The notes below the pieces were generated by a model. It was not told the origin of the DNA. It was given only the letters and a program-made list of their open reading frames with translations, and ran no database searches. This document shows, piece by piece, positions 29,636-39,930 of a stretch of 64,000 bases of DNA (within the stretch, counting starts at the first letter, position 1; every line of letters begins with the position of its first letter). The stretch is from Vulcanimicrobiota bacterium (GTDB taxonomy: Bacteria > Vulcanimicrobiota > Vulcanimicrobiia > Vulcanimicrobiales > Vulcanimicrobiaceae): contig CAVTCS010000003.1 in assembly GCA_963733295.1 (NCBI GenBank), positions 128,001 to 192,000 on the forward strand. Direction: 5' to 3'. The translations under genes and the position numbers were made by a program.

Positions 29636-30502
29636 GTGAAACTTCAACGCCTCGTTCTCTTTGGCGTGCTGACGGCTTTTATGTTCGCGGCGGCCATACT
29701 GGCCACGACCGGACGTGCGCGGGCCGACGCTTCCGATGCTCTGCAGCACGTGCTCGAGCAAGTGCGTTCCATGAGCAACAGCGATTTCTCGAGTATGGAG
29801 AAGTGGGCGCGAAACGGCGCTCCCAAGCCCTCCGACGCCATCTTTCAACCGCAAAAAGCCGAAGTCGACATTCTGAATCTTAGCGACGGCGACCGGAACG
29901 CGGTGCTCTACTGGCTGCAAGGTAAGGGCCGCTCCGCGTTGTACGCGCAAGGGGCGAACGATTCCCAGATCGGACCGAGGCGCGACGTCGATGCCCCCGC
30001 GGCAACGCCGAGTCCGAATGCGTGGCGCAACATCCCGCTCGCTACCGCATCGATCGAAGGCGGCAACCAAGGACCGATTCAGATCTTGGGCGGCTTCGCG
30101 GCGGTGAAGCGCGACGGCATGGCGGCCATCGCCTGCCTCTCGTTCAAGAACGTCGATCCGAGAGTCGCCAACCACATCGTCGTCGCGTTTCCGTTGATCG
30201 GCGGCGACGGGCAAAACCTCGGGGAGCTCGTGCTCGACCGGCACGGTGAGTTCTCGCCGAACGTCGACATCCTCAGCTTCAGCTCGATGACGCAGTGGCA
30301 AGGCAACAGCGTGGGTCCGACGCGCTCTTATGCGGAGGGGTGCATCCAGCGTACCCTTCCGACCGCGGCGCTGCCCTTCTTGGCCGCGCGCGCGAGCGGG
30401 TATCACGTCACGCGCGTGGACTTCGCGGACGGCTCGTCGTGGCCGCCCGCGATGGCGCCCCCACCTCCCGCCGCTGCGCCCCCGGTGCCGGCCGCGACTT
30501 GA
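29636..30502 (+). CDS. Secreted hypothetical protein
   Basis: Signal peptide ending ARA; Pro-rich tail; 288 aa. Confidence 0.65.
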   Translation: MKLQRLVLFGVLTAFMFAAAILATTGRARADASDALQHVLEQVRSMSNSDFSSMEKWARNGAPKPSDAIFQPQKAEVDILNLSDGDRNAVLYWLQGKGRSALYAQGANDSQIGPRRDVDAPAATPSPNAWRNIPLATASIEGGNQGPIQILGGFAAVKRDGMAAIACLSFKNVDPRVANHIVVAFPLIGGDGQNLGELVLDRHGEFSPNVDILSFSSMTQWQGNSVGPTRSYAEGCIQRTLPTAALPFLAARASGYHVTRVDFADGSSWPPAMAPPPPAAAPPVPAAT

Positions 30503-30547
30503 CGTTCGACGCTGCGTCGCACGCGTCGCGGCGGGTATAAGCGCAGC

Positions 30548-30982
30548 ATGAGAGCTACGTGGAAGCCCCATGAAAAACATGGGCGGTTAACGACCCAGAG
30601 CGATCTCCCGGACTCCGTCTACGCCTTCCCAAAACAACGCAAGGAGCCGTTGACGGACGCGAGTCACGTGCGCAACGCCATGGCGCGCATGGATCAGGTC
30701 GAGGGCGTCTCGGCGGAAGATCGCGACTTAGCCTTCGCCAACATCAAGAAGGCGGCGAAGCACTACGACGTCGAGTTGTCCGAGGGCTCCTGGCAGGACG
30801 TCGGCGTTCACCCGCAGCGGCGAACCGCCGGTGCGGCTCGTGGCCGCAAGAAGGCAGCGAAAAAAACGACGACGAGAAAAAAGACCACTGGGAAAAAGGT
30901 CGTCGCGAAGAAGACCAGCCGGGCCTCCGGGGCGGCGAAACGCCGGAAGACCACGCGCAAGAAAGCTGCCCGGAAGCGCTAG
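30548..30982 (+). CDS. DUF6582-like protein with histone-like K/R/T-rich tail
   Basis: LPDSVYAFPKQRKEPLTDASHVRNA motif; C-terminal RKKAAKKTTTRKK repeats. Confidence 0.75.
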   Translation: MRATWKPHEKHGRLTTQSDLPDSVYAFPKQRKEPLTDASHVRNAMARMDQVEGVSAEDRDLAFANIKKAAKHYDVELSEGSWQDVGVHPQRRTAGAARGRKKAAKKTTTRKKTTGKKVVAKKTSRASGAAKRRKTTRKKAARKR

Positions 30983-31009
30983 CCGGGCAGCCCTACCGGA
31001 AAGGACGGA

Positions 31010-31046
31010 CCCGGCCGGGAAACCCTGCCGGGCCGGTTCTTGTTTT
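31010..31046 (+). terminator. Probable intrinsic terminator
   Basis: CCCGGC-C-GGG AAA CCC-T-GCCGGG hairpin followed shortly by TTCTTGTTTT. Confidence 0.5.
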
Positions 31047-31078
31047 GGGACCGTGCATGCAAAGACCGAGGCAAGGAC

Positions 31079-31876
31079 ATGATCGACACACGCTCTTACC
31101 ACTACGTCACGCTCGATAAGAGCGACGGCGTCGCGACGCTGGTTTTGGCGAATCCCGAAAAACGCAACGCGCTCTCGCTCGATACGATGCGCGAGATCCT
31201 CGCCGCTCTCGACGACGCGGGCCGGGATTCCAGCGTCAAGGTCGTCGTTCTGCGGGCGCTCGGCCCTGTGTTCAGCTCGGGACACGACCTGCGGCAGCTG
31301 CGCTGCAGCGGCGACGCCGGCGACGTCGTTCGCTTTCGCGAGATCTTCGACGTTTGCGTGCAGATGATGGAGAAGGTTCAAAGCATCCCGCAACCGGTGA
31401 TCGCAGAAGTCACCGGGATCGCGACCGCCGCGGGCTGTCAGCTGGTAGCGACCTGCGACTTGGCGATCGCCGCGGAGGATTCCAAGTTCGCAACCCCGGG
31501 CGTCAAGAACGGGCTTTTCTGTACGACGCCGATGGTCGCCCTAAGCCGGGCGATCGGACGCAAGCGTGCGATGGAAATGCTCTTCACCGGGGAGTACGTC
31601 GACGCGCAGACCGCAGCGGACTGGGGTTTGATCAACCGGGCCGTGGCGCCCGACGTCCTGCACCAAGAAGTCGAGGCGCTGGCGCGCAAAATCGTCGCGG
31701 CGAGCGGTTTCACGATCGGTCTCGGCAAAGCTGCGTTCTACACGCAGATCGACCTCGACCAGCAGAAGGCCTATGCGTACGCTAAGGAAGTCATGAGCAT
31801 GAACGCGCTGGCCGCCGACGCGCAGGAGGGCATCACCGCTTTTCTCGAACGCCGCGCGCCGGTATGGACGCAGTAG
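31079..31876 (+). CDS. Enoyl-CoA hydratase/isomerase family protein
   Basis: PEKRNAL, FSSGHDL, ATAAGCQLVATCD, WGLIN, EGITAFLERR. Confidence 0.93.
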   Translation: MIDTRSYHYVTLDKSDGVATLVLANPEKRNALSLDTMREILAALDDAGRDSSVKVVVLRALGPVFSSGHDLRQLRCSGDAGDVVRFREIFDVCVQMMEKVQSIPQPVIAEVTGIATAAGCQLVATCDLAIAAEDSKFATPGVKNGLFCTTPMVALSRAIGRKRAMEMLFTGEYVDAQTAADWGLINRAVAPDVLHQEVEALARKIVAASGFTIGLGKAAFYTQIDLDQQKAYAYAKEVMSMNALAADAQEGITAFLERRAPVWTQ

Positions 31877-33096
31877 CGCGGGCGCTCTTCGCCGGGCTCC
31901 AAACGACCTTCGCGTTTTTTTGGGAAAGCTTCTTCGGGCTCGTTTTCGGATTCCTCATCTCGGCGATCGTGCAGGTGGTCTTTTCGCGCAGCGCGATGCA
32001 TCGTTTTCTCGGACCGAACCTGCGTGGAATCGTGAGCGGAACGGCGTTCGGCATCGTCGCGTCGGCTTGCTCGTACGGGGCTGCCGCCGCAGCACGCGGT
32101 TTCTATCAAAAGGGCGCCGACGTTCGGGCGGTGTTCGCATTCCTGATCGCTTCGACGAACATGAACCTTGCGATCTTGATCCTCTTTTGGACGCTGATCG
32201 GATGGAAGTTCGCCTTCGCAGAGTTCTTCGGCGGGATCGTCATCATCGCGGTCGTTTCCGCGGGCCTGAGCATCCTCGGTTCCGAGATGCTCCGCGCACC
32301 GGCTGTGGAGCACGAGGCGGCAACCAGGCCGGCGCGCGTTACCGAGTGCCTTCAGTGCGGCATGAAGGGCTGGGACGAACACGCAGTCGAGCACGATGGC
32401 TCGATTTTTCTTTTCTGCGGAGCTCGACACGAGAGCGAGTTCCGGGCCGATCCGAAGCGCGTGCTCGGTACCGTCGACGAACGAGCGGCCGCGCCCCCGC
32501 GTGGAATCGCCGCCTTGCGGGAGCCGGCGACGTGGCGCGAAATCGTCGACGTAGCGCTCGGCGACGTCGCCATGCTGCGCGTGGAACTGATCGTCGGCTA
32601 CTTCGTCGCGGGATTCGCGGCCGCGCTCGTTCCCTCGGAATGGATCGCGCGCGCATTGCACGCCGTCGGAAGCGTCCCGCTGGCGGGTTACCCGCTTCTC
32701 TTGCTCACCGGTCTTGCGCTCGCGGCGGTTACGTTCATCTGTTCGATGGGTAATGTTCCGATCGCGCGCTTTCTCGCGACCGCCGGCATTCCGCTCGGCG
32801 CGAACACGACGTTCATCTACGGGGACCTCTTGATTCCTCCGCTGCTAGGCATTTATCGCAAGTCGTTTCCACCGAGGGTCACTTGGGCTTTCGTGGGATT
32901 GTTCGTGGCCGGCGCAATGCTGGCGGGTGCGCTGATGGATGCGCTCATCGGCGGAGTGTTCGGAGGCATCTCGCTCGGTTCGATGGAGCTTTCGGACCGG
33001 TTCACGCTCGTCGCGAACGTCCTCGCTTGTCTCGTGCTGATCGCGGTGGCATTCGCCGCGGGACGCGGGCGGACGCCGGCGGGCGCTCACGCGTGA
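31864..33096 (+). CDS. DUF318/ArsP-type permease with internal YHS/TRASH-like domain
   Basis: SACSYGA, AFLIASTN, FICSMGNVP; central CLQCGM..EHDG..FLFCG..FRADP. Confidence 0.8.
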   Translation: MDAVARALFAGLQTTFAFFWESFFGLVFGFLISAIVQVVFSRSAMHRFLGPNLRGIVSGTAFGIVASACSYGAAAAARGFYQKGADVRAVFAFLIASTNMNLAILILFWTLIGWKFAFAEFFGGIVIIAVVSAGLSILGSEMLRAPAVEHEAATRPARVTECLQCGMKGWDEHAVEHDGSIFLFCGARHESEFRADPKRVLGTVDERAAAPPRGIAALREPATWREIVDVALGDVAMLRVELIVGYFVAGFAAALVPSEWIARALHAVGSVPLAGYPLLLLTGLALAAVTFICSMGNVPIARFLATAGIPLGANTTFIYGDLLIPPLLGIYRKSFPPRVTWAFVGLFVAGAMLAGALMDALIGGVFGGISLGSMELSDRFTLVANVLACLVLIAVAFAAGRGRTPAGAHA

Positions 33097-33920
33097 GGCG
33101 ACGCCGTTTCGGGCGCAATGGTCCACTGGTGCCGGTCGTCGGTCAGGGAAGCTGGCCGGCGCCGGACGTCGCGGCGCTGCGCCGCGGGCTCGAACTGGGC
33201 ATGACGCACATCGACACTGCCGAGATGTACGGCGAGGGCCGCAGCGAGGAACTTGTGGGGGAAGCGATCGCCGGAGTCGACCGAGACTCGCTCTTCCTCG
33301 TCTCGAAGGTATACCCGCACAACGCCGACGCGCGCGGTATCGTACGCGCCTGCGAGCAGACGCTCAAGCGTATGCGACTCGACTATCTGGACTGCTATCT
33401 GCTGCATTGGCGCGCCGAAAACGACCTGGCCGCGACGATGGATGGCCTCGAGAAACTCGTCGAGACCGGGAAAGCGCGGATGCTGGGCGTCAGCAATCTC
33501 GATCCGTGGGATTTGCGCGAAGCGGCCGGCGCGCTACGAAACGAGCGCATCGCCTGCGATCAAGTCTTGTATAACCTCGACTCCCGGACCATCGAGGACA
33601 ACGAACTACCTTGGTGTCGAGAGTATGGTGCCGCGCTCGTCGCGTATACGCCCTTCGGGCAAGGCGGCATCCATCCGCGCTCGCCCCACCACAAGCCGCT
33701 CGCCGAGATTGCCGAGCGTCACGCCGTCACGGCGCATGCGGTCGCGCTCGCCTTCTTGCTGCGCGATCCCGATGTCTTCGTCATACCCAAAGCCAACAGC
33801 ATCGCGCACGTCGAGGAAAACGCAGCCGCCGGCGACCTCGAACTCACCCCCGATGAGATCGCGCAAATCGAGCGCACCTTTCCAAAGAAAAAACGCCGCG
33901 GCGCCCTACCGATGAACTGA
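33093..33920 (+). CDS. Aldo/keto reductase
   Basis: GQGSW, IDTAEMYG, SKV, LDCYLLHW, GVSN, IPKA; GTGA overlap start. Confidence 0.93.
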   Translation: MRRRRFGRNGPLVPVVGQGSWPAPDVAALRRGLELGMTHIDTAEMYGEGRSEELVGEAIAGVDRDSLFLVSKVYPHNADARGIVRACEQTLKRMRLDYLDCYLLHWRAENDLAATMDGLEKLVETGKARMLGVSNLDPWDLREAAGALRNERIACDQVLYNLDSRTIEDNELPWCREYGAALVAYTPFGQGGIHPRSPHHKPLAEIAERHAVTAHAVALAFLLRDPDVFVIPKANSIAHVEENAAAGDLELTPDEIAQIERTFPKKKRRGALPMN

Positions 33921-33934
33921 GTCGCTTCGTCTTA

Positions 33935-35002
33935 TCAGCGAGCGGTCGAGAGTTGGATGCCGGCGTAGAGTTCGCGCAGGCGCGGGCGCAGGAGGGCTTC
34001 GAGAGCTTGCGGTTCGGCGAGGAACGCGTCGTGGCCGTGGTTCGATTCGAGCTCCAGGTAGAGACTGTCGGCGCCCGCGGCAGCGAAGCGACGCGCCGCA
34101 GCCTGGACGTAGGCCGGTAAAAAGAGCCAATCGCTCGAAATGCCGACGAACGTCAGCCGCGGCATCTGCGCGTTCGTGACACGATCGAGCGTGTCGTGCA
34201 AGTCCATCGCGCGGGTGAGCGTGAGGTATGCGTCGGGATCCATGCGCGCCGAAAACAGCGCACCTTGGTAATCGAGGTACCCCTCGACATCGTATCGATC
34301 GCTCGCGTTCTTCGTTGGATCGCCGCCCTTCCGGTTGAATTTGCGGCCGTAGCGCTCGGCAAAAAGCGCCTCGCTCTTGTAGGTCAGCATCGCGATCTTG
34401 CGGGCCAGCTCGATGCCGGCCGTTCGATCGGCGGAAATCCGGATCGCTTCGCGCGCGACCGCGTTGAGCGCGATACCCATCGCCGAAAACGAATCGTACG
34501 CACCGATCACGAACGCGTGTCCGACGTTCCCAGGCGCTTGCAGCGCCCACTCGAGCGCCTGCATTCCTCCCAGCGATCCCCCCGCAACTGCCGCGAGCCG
34601 CGTGATGCCGAGTTTCGCGAGAGCTGCGCGCTGCGCGCGCACGATGTCGACGACGGAGACGAGCGGAAAGCGCGAACCGTACGGCCGGCTGTCGGGTGCC
34701 GCCGAGGGCGGACCGGTCGAGCCGTAGCAGCTACCGAGCGCGTTGACGCCGACGATGGCGAGAGCGTTCGTGTCGAAGAGTTTTCCCGGCCCGGCGAGAC
34801 CGCCCCACCAGTCGAGCACGCGACTCGAGCCCGTCAATGCGTGCGGGACCAGCACCACGTTCGACCCGTCACTGCGCGGCTCGCCGTAGACGGAAACCCG
34901 CTGGACGACGCCGGGCAAGGTGCCGCCGGATTCGAGCGCGAGCGATCCGACGAGGACGTCGCGCTCGAAATCCGGAGCCGGCGTGGTCGCCGTCGTGGTC
35001 AA
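33935..35002 (-). CDS. metX: Homoserine O-acetyltransferase
   Basis: [33 protein letters not shown]. Confidence 0.93.
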   Translation of the reverse strand: MTTTATTPAPDFERDVLVGSLALESGGTLPGVVQRVSVYGEPRSDGSNVVLVPHALTGSSRVLDWWGGLAGPGKLFDTNALAIVGVNALGSCYGSTGPPSAAPDSRPYGSRFPLVSVVDIVRAQRAALAKLGITRLAAVAGGSLGGMQALEWALQAPGNVGHAFVIGAYDSFSAMGIALNAVAREAIRISADRTAGIELARKIAMLTYKSEALFAERYGRKFNRKGGDPTKNASDRYDVEGYLDYQGALFSARMDPDAYLTLTRAMDLHDTLDRVTNAQMPRLTFVGISSDWLFLPAYVQAAARRFAAAGADSLYLELESNHGHDAFLAEPQALEALLRPRLRELYAGIQLSTAR

Positions 35003-36324
35003 TGCACGCCGGCCGGTTCGCGTTGCGGGCTGTCGCCGCGCACCGCTTCGAGCGCCTGCTTGAGGTCGGCGATGATGTCGCGCACGTCTTCGATTCCGAC
35101 CGAGAGGCGCACGAGATCCTCCGTCACGCCGGCTTCGATTTGCTGGACCACGTTCAGCTGCTGATGCGTCGTCGTTGCCGGATGGATCACGAGCGACTTC
35201 GCGTCACCGACGTTCGCGAGTAGAGAGAAGAGCTTGAGATTGTTGATGAAGCTCTTGGCCGCCGGGGCGCCCCCCTTGATGCCGAACGCCAAAATCGCGC
35301 CGGCGCCGCCCTGCAAGTACTTCTGCGCGCGCTGGTACGAGTGGTGGTTGGGCAAACCCGGATACGAAACCCAGGTGACGTCGCGCTGCTCCGCCAGGAA
35401 CTCCGCAACCTTCAGCGCGTTCTGTGAGTGACGCTCCATGCGCAACCCGAGCGTTTCGAGTCCTTGCAGGAAGAGCCACGCGTTGAACGGCGAGAGTGCC
35501 GCGCCGAGGTCGCGCAAGAGTTGCACGCGGGCCTTGAGGATGTAAGCGAGGTTTCCGAACGACGCGACGTAACGCACGCCGTGATAGGACGCGTCCGGTT
35601 CGGTCAAGTCGGGAAAGCGCCCGGAGGCTTCCCAATCGAAGTTCCCTCCGTCGACGAGCAAGCCGCCGATCGAAGTTCCATGTCCCCCGATGAACTTCGT
35701 CGCCGAGTGAACCACGACGTTTGCGCCCCAGTCGAACGGCTTGACGAGGTACGGCGTCGCCAGCGTGTTGTCGACGATCAGTGGAAGCTTGTGGTCGCGC
35801 GCGACTTTGGAGACGGCCTCGAAGTCGAGGACGTCGACCTTGGGGTTTCCGATCGATTCCGCGAACAGCGCCTTCGTGTTGGGCCGCACCGCCGCCGCAA
35901 AGTTCTCGCCTTTCGAAGGATCGACCAGCGACACTTCGATGCCGAATTTCGGTAGCGTGTGGACGAACGCGTTGTAGGTGCCGCCGTAGAGCGAGGCCGA
36001 GCTGACGATGTGGTCTCCCGCGCGCGCCAGGTTCAGAATCGAGTAGATGGTGGCAGCCTGTCCGCTCGCGACCGCTAAAGCGCCCACGCCGCCCTCGAGC
36101 TGCGCGATGCGCTGTTCCAGCACGTCGCTCGTCGGGTTCATGATGCGCGTGTAGATGTTTCCGAACTCTTGCAGCGCAAAAAGTCTTCCGGCGTGGTCCG
36201 CGTCGTCGAAGCTGTACGAGGTGGTCTGGTAAATCGGAAGCGCGCGCGACTTCGTCGCGGGATCGCCGCTGAAGGCGCCGTGAAGCGCGGTCGTATCGGG
36301 GTGGAATCGACCGTTGTCGGACAT
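34999..36324 (-). CDS. metY: O-acetylhomoserine sulfhydrylase
   Basis: [27 protein letters not shown] (PLP Lys), [16 protein letters not shown]. Confidence 0.96.
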   Translation of the reverse strand: MSDNGRFHPDTTALHGAFSGDPATKSRALPIYQTTSYSFDDADHAGRLFALQEFGNIYTRIMNPTSDVLEQRIAQLEGGVGALAVASGQAATIYSILNLARAGDHIVSSASLYGGTYNAFVHTLPKFGIEVSLVDPSKGENFAAAVRPNTKALFAESIGNPKVDVLDFEAVSKVARDHKLPLIVDNTLATPYLVKPFDWGANVVVHSATKFIGGHGTSIGGLLVDGGNFDWEASGRFPDLTEPDASYHGVRYVASFGNLAYILKARVQLLRDLGAALSPFNAWLFLQGLETLGLRMERHSQNALKVAEFLAEQRDVTWVSYPGLPNHHSYQRAQKYLQGGAGAILAFGIKGGAPAAKSFINNLKLFSLLANVGDAKSLVIHPATTTHQQLNVVQQIEAGVTEDLVRLSVGIEDVRDIIADLKQALEAVRGDSPQREPAGVH

Positions 36325-36333
36325 GAGTTGCTC

Positions 36334-37689
36334 CTATGCCGGCGTTGAGATAGCCGAGCGGACGGTGCTGGATTCGGAGGGAGAGACGGAGAGGGGGGCG
36401 TCTTCCCAGACCGGGATCGCGCTTTCAGCGCGCAATCCGTGGCCGGCGAGGATCGCCGCGATTTGCGTGGGTGCGTCGCCGCTGCGGCGAGAGGTGATGA
36501 CGGCGGGAATTCCGTCGAGCGGTTGAACTTCGAGCCCGGCTCGATCGAGCGCGAGTTTCGCGGGACGCGCGTCGCGCAGCGAAACGAGCCGCACGATATG
36601 GCGTAGCGCGATGCCTCGCTCGGTCTCGACCGGAACGGGTTGGAGCACGTCGTCGGCTTCGTCGATTCCGACGTGCCGGCCGGCCGCGATGCGGCGCAGC
36701 ACCGCAACGATGTCGCCGATCATGGCCGAGGCGGTTGGTGCGCTGCCCGCGCCGCTGCCGGTGAAGGTCAGCGAGCCCGAACTGCGACCGGTGACCCGGA
36801 TGCAGTTCTGTGCTCCCGAGCCCTGCGCGAACGCGTGACCCAGCGGTACGAAAGCCGGGGTGACGAGCGAGCCGCCACCGCGCGCGCAGGCGATCAGTTT
36901 CATCGTCATGCCCAAACGTTTCGCGAGCGAGAGATCGTCGGGCGTGAGCTTGGTGATTCCGCGCCGTGGAATCTGATGGGTGTGCAGCGCGCGCCGGAAC
37001 GCCAACTGGACGAGGATGGCAAGCTTGTGCGCCGCGTCGATTCCCTCGACGTCGGCGGCGGGATCGGCTTCCGCGAAGCCGAGGCGCTGAGCCTCACCCA
37101 ACGCTTTGGCGTAGGTCGATCCCGCGAACATCTCGCTGAGGATGAAATTCGTCGTGCCGTTGAGCACGCCGCCGACCTCGAGGATCTCCTCGCCGGCCAG
37201 CGAGGCGCCGAGCGTCCGGACGATAGGAATCGCGCCGCCGACCGCTGCTTCGCAAGCGATCGTCACGCCGTTCGCGCGCGCGAGGGCGCGTAGTTCGGGG
37301 CCGCGCGTCGCCATCAGATCCTTATTGGCAGTGACGACGTGCTTGCCGTGGGCGAGCGCGAGCTCGACCAGTTCCCGCGCGTCAGCGGTGCCCCCGATGC
37401 ACTCGATGACGACATCGATTTCCGGAGACTCGACCAGCGCCCGGCCGTGCTCGGTGAAGAGCGCCGGCGAAACATCGGCTCTGCGCGGTTTCGTGCGCGA
37501 GCGCACGGCGATCGCTTCGAGCTTCGGCGCGACGCCGCTGCGGGCGGCGATCGAGGAAGAGGCACCGAGGAGGAGCGACGCGACACCGGATCCGACCGTT
37601 CCGCAGCCCAGGAGTGCCAGGCGTACGGTGTCGCGATCGGGGTCGGTGCGTTCCGCGTGCGCTGGTTGAGTGAGCGACAAGCGTGACAC
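36334..37689 (-). CDS. hom: Homoserine dehydrogenase
   Basis: LLGCGTVG, VVTANK, EAAVGGAIP, NGTTNFIL, EADP..DVEG.DAAHK. Confidence 0.95.
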   Translation of the reverse strand: MSRLSLTQPAHAERTDPDRDTVRLALLGCGTVGSGVASLLLGASSSIAARSGVAPKLEAIAVRSRTKPRRADVSPALFTEHGRALVESPEIDVVIECIGGTADARELVELALAHGKHVVTANKDLMATRGPELRALARANGVTIACEAAVGGAIPIVRTLGASLAGEEILEVGGVLNGTTNFILSEMFAGSTYAKALGEAQRLGFAEADPAADVEGIDAAHKLAILVQLAFRRALHTHQIPRRGITKLTPDDLSLAKRLGMTMKLIACARGGGSLVTPAFVPLGHAFAQGSGAQNCIRVTGRSSGSLTFTGSGAGSAPTASAMIGDIVAVLRRIAAGRHVGIDEADDVLQPVPVETERGIALRHIVRLVSLRDARPAKLALDRAGLEVQPLDGIPAVITSRRSGDAPTQIAAILAGHGLRAESAIPVWEDAPLSVSPSESSTVRSAISTPA

Positions 37690-37714
37690 CTAGAGACTGC
37701 AGTTAAGTCCGCCC

Positions 37715-37744
37715 ACTATACCGAACCCCGCGCCGGTGCGTCAA
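37715..37744 (-). promoter_or_regulatory. Putative sigma70 promoter of hom-metY-metX
   Basis: Minus strand TTGACG-N18-TATAGT, 25 nt before the GTG start. Confidence 0.6.
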
Positions 37745-37914
37745 GCACGGTCGGTCTTGCGCCTCGCCTCGGGAGGCGCGCTTCATGTCAGCGGTGCTCG
37801 TGCCGGCTGTGCCTGGCGCTGGCAGCCGCATGGCGACGCTCATGCGCCGGGAGCCCCCTTTGCGGTGACCGGCAGGCCGTCCGGGGGGCGCTCTCTGCTT
37901 TCGGACCTTGGAAG

Positions 37915-39921
37915 ATGGGTTTGAGCGCGCCGCGCCGCTACCGTTTCGCGCTGACGCTGGTGCTGGCGCTCGGTCTCGTCGCTTCGCTTCTCGTCGCCAC
38001 CTTACGCGTGCGCAAGGAACTCGGCGCGCGCCGCGTCGAGATCGCGATGGACTACACCGATTTCAACGCGCTCGCGCAATCCTACGGATACGACGAAGCC
38101 CAGCTGCTCGTCGCGCTGCGGCGCGCCGGACTCACCTCGCTCGCGGTTTCCGAGGAACTCGGAGCGGCCGTCGATTCGGGAACCGACGCGCTCCTGCTCT
38201 CGGGAGCCCAACTCATCTCGCAAGCCCGGCTCGCGCCGCTCGGTGAGCCGACGCTCGCCGCGCTGGCGAAGTCCGGAAAGCTCGATGCGCGCGATCTTTA
38301 CCTGATCGTCTACAACCCTTCGGCCCTGCCGCGCTACCGCCGCGCGATCGCGATGAACCTCGGCCCGCACGCGTTGCGCACGCTGCGCGCGGCGGACCCT
38401 ACCATCTTCGCCTTTCGCTCGCAGCTCGATTACTTCAACACGCTTGGCCTCGGCTTGCCGGTGCACCCGCTCGCGCTGGCCGGGCGTCTCGGTTTGCTCG
38501 TAGTGCCGCGCGTGCAGAACGACGAGCGCTTCGGTCAACCGCAGATCGACGAGATTTTCTCCAGCTTCAATGCCGGCGGAAAGCCGACGACCGTCGTCTT
38601 CTCAGGCCAGCGCAACGAGGTGCTGGGTTTCCCCGACCACCTCGAGGACACGGCCGACGCTTTTCGCCAGAGCGGCCTTAACTTCGGCACGATCGAGATC
38701 TACGATAAAACTCAGCTCCAAAAGGGAAACGATGGTCTGGCCGCGCTGATCCCCGACCAGACCGTTCGCGTGCAGGCGATCTCGAAGACCGAGCTCGATA
38801 AGCTCGACTTCGAAACGGTCGTCGCCCGCTATCTGCTCGGCGTTCGCGAGCGCAACGTGCGCGTGGTCTACCTGCGACCCTTCCCGCATCCCTACAACGG
38901 CATGTCGCCCGAGGGAACGAACGTCGAGCTGGTGCGGCAGATCGCGCAAGGGCTCCACGCGCGAGGTTTCAAGCTCGGCCGCGCGACCGCCGTGCAGCCA
39001 ATCCCGGGCGGCCCGCTGCTGATCGTCCTTGCTTCGCTGGCGGTTCCCGCGATCTTCATGCTGCTGCTCGAAGCCTTCGGCGTTCGGCGGCCACGGCTCG
39101 TGTACGTCGTCGTGGCTGCCGACCTCGCGTTGCTTGCGCTCGGCTACGTCAGTCACCACGAGCTGCTCGCCCGTAAGCTCCTCGCCCTTGCGGGCGGAAT
39201 CATGTTCGCAGTCATGGGCGTCGTCGCGATCCCGCGTTCGTTCACGTCGCCGGCGCCAAGCGACCTGCGGGCTTCGCTCCTGGCGGGTCTACGTACCGTT
39301 TGCGTCGCGACGTTCTTCGCGCTCTGCGGCGCGCTCGTCGTCGTCGGCCTCGTCAGCGTCCCCTTGCTCATGGAGGAGATCGATCATTTCACCGGGGTCA
39401 AACTCGTCCTGACCCTGCCGCCCATCATCGCGTTCGCGCTCTACATCTATACACGGCGTTTTGGAAACGAGCCGCCGAGCCCGCGCGCTAGCGCCGAAGC
39501 GCCGGTCCGGGTCTACCAGATCCTCGCGCTCCTCGTGCTGGCCGCCGGAGCGATCGTCTACGTCGTGCGCAGCGGCAACCAGAGCGATATAACGCCTTCG
39601 TCCTTCGAGCTTGCGCTGCGCTCGAATCTCACCGCGCTGCTCGGCGTGCGTCCGCGCTTCAAGGAGTTCGCGGTCGGCTTCCCGCTGATGATGCTGCTTC
39701 CGGCCTTGCAGCTCGCCCACCGGAAAGCGCTCGGATGGCTCTTCGCGCTCGGCATCGCCGTCGGGACCGCCGACATCGTGGACACGTTCTGTCACCTCCA
39801 CACGCCGCTGCTCGTTTCGCTCTTGCGCGTCTTCAACGGCGCGGTCATCGGCATCATCCTCGGGGCGATCGCGGTCATCGCGTACCGCTCGATTTGGAAA
39901 GTTCGCGAGAAGGGGGCCTAA
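37915..39921 (+). CDS. DUF5693-family membrane protein
   Basis: ERNVRVVYLRP, F.GVKL, RSGN, RPRFKEF..G.P, TFCHLHTP; adjacent to csaB. Confidence 0.8.
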   Translation: MGLSAPRRYRFALTLVLALGLVASLLVATLRVRKELGARRVEIAMDYTDFNALAQSYGYDEAQLLVALRRAGLTSLAVSEELGAAVDSGTDALLLSGAQLISQARLAPLGEPTLAALAKSGKLDARDLYLIVYNPSALPRYRRAIAMNLGPHALRTLRAADPTIFAFRSQLDYFNTLGLGLPVHPLALAGRLGLLVVPRVQNDERFGQPQIDEIFSSFNAGGKPTTVVFSGQRNEVLGFPDHLEDTADAFRQSGLNFGTIEIYDKTQLQKGNDGLAALIPDQTVRVQAISKTELDKLDFETVVARYLLGVRERNVRVVYLRPFPHPYNGMSPEGTNVELVRQIAQGLHARGFKLGRATAVQPIPGGPLLIVLASLAVPAIFMLLLEAFGVRRPRLVYVVVAADLALLALGYVSHHELLARKLLALAGGIMFAVMGVVAIPRSFTSPAPSDLRASLLAGLRTVCVATFFALCGALVVVGLVSVPLLMEEIDHFTGVKLVLTLPPIIAFALYIYTRRFGNEPPSPRASAEAPVRVYQILALLVLAAGAIVYVVRSGNQSDITPSSFELALRSNLTALLGVRPRFKEFAVGFPLMMLLPALQLAHRKALGWLFALGIAVGTADIVDTFCHLHTPLLVSLLRVFNGAVIGIILGAIAVIAYRSIWKVREKGA

Positions 39922-39930
39922 CCGCAGCCT

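Noticed and set aside
37690..37914. SAM/SAH riboswitch or T-box upstream of the met operon
   Set aside because: No recognisable consensus; the predicted promoter leaves only about 20 nt of leader; the GC-rich hairpins lie upstream of it
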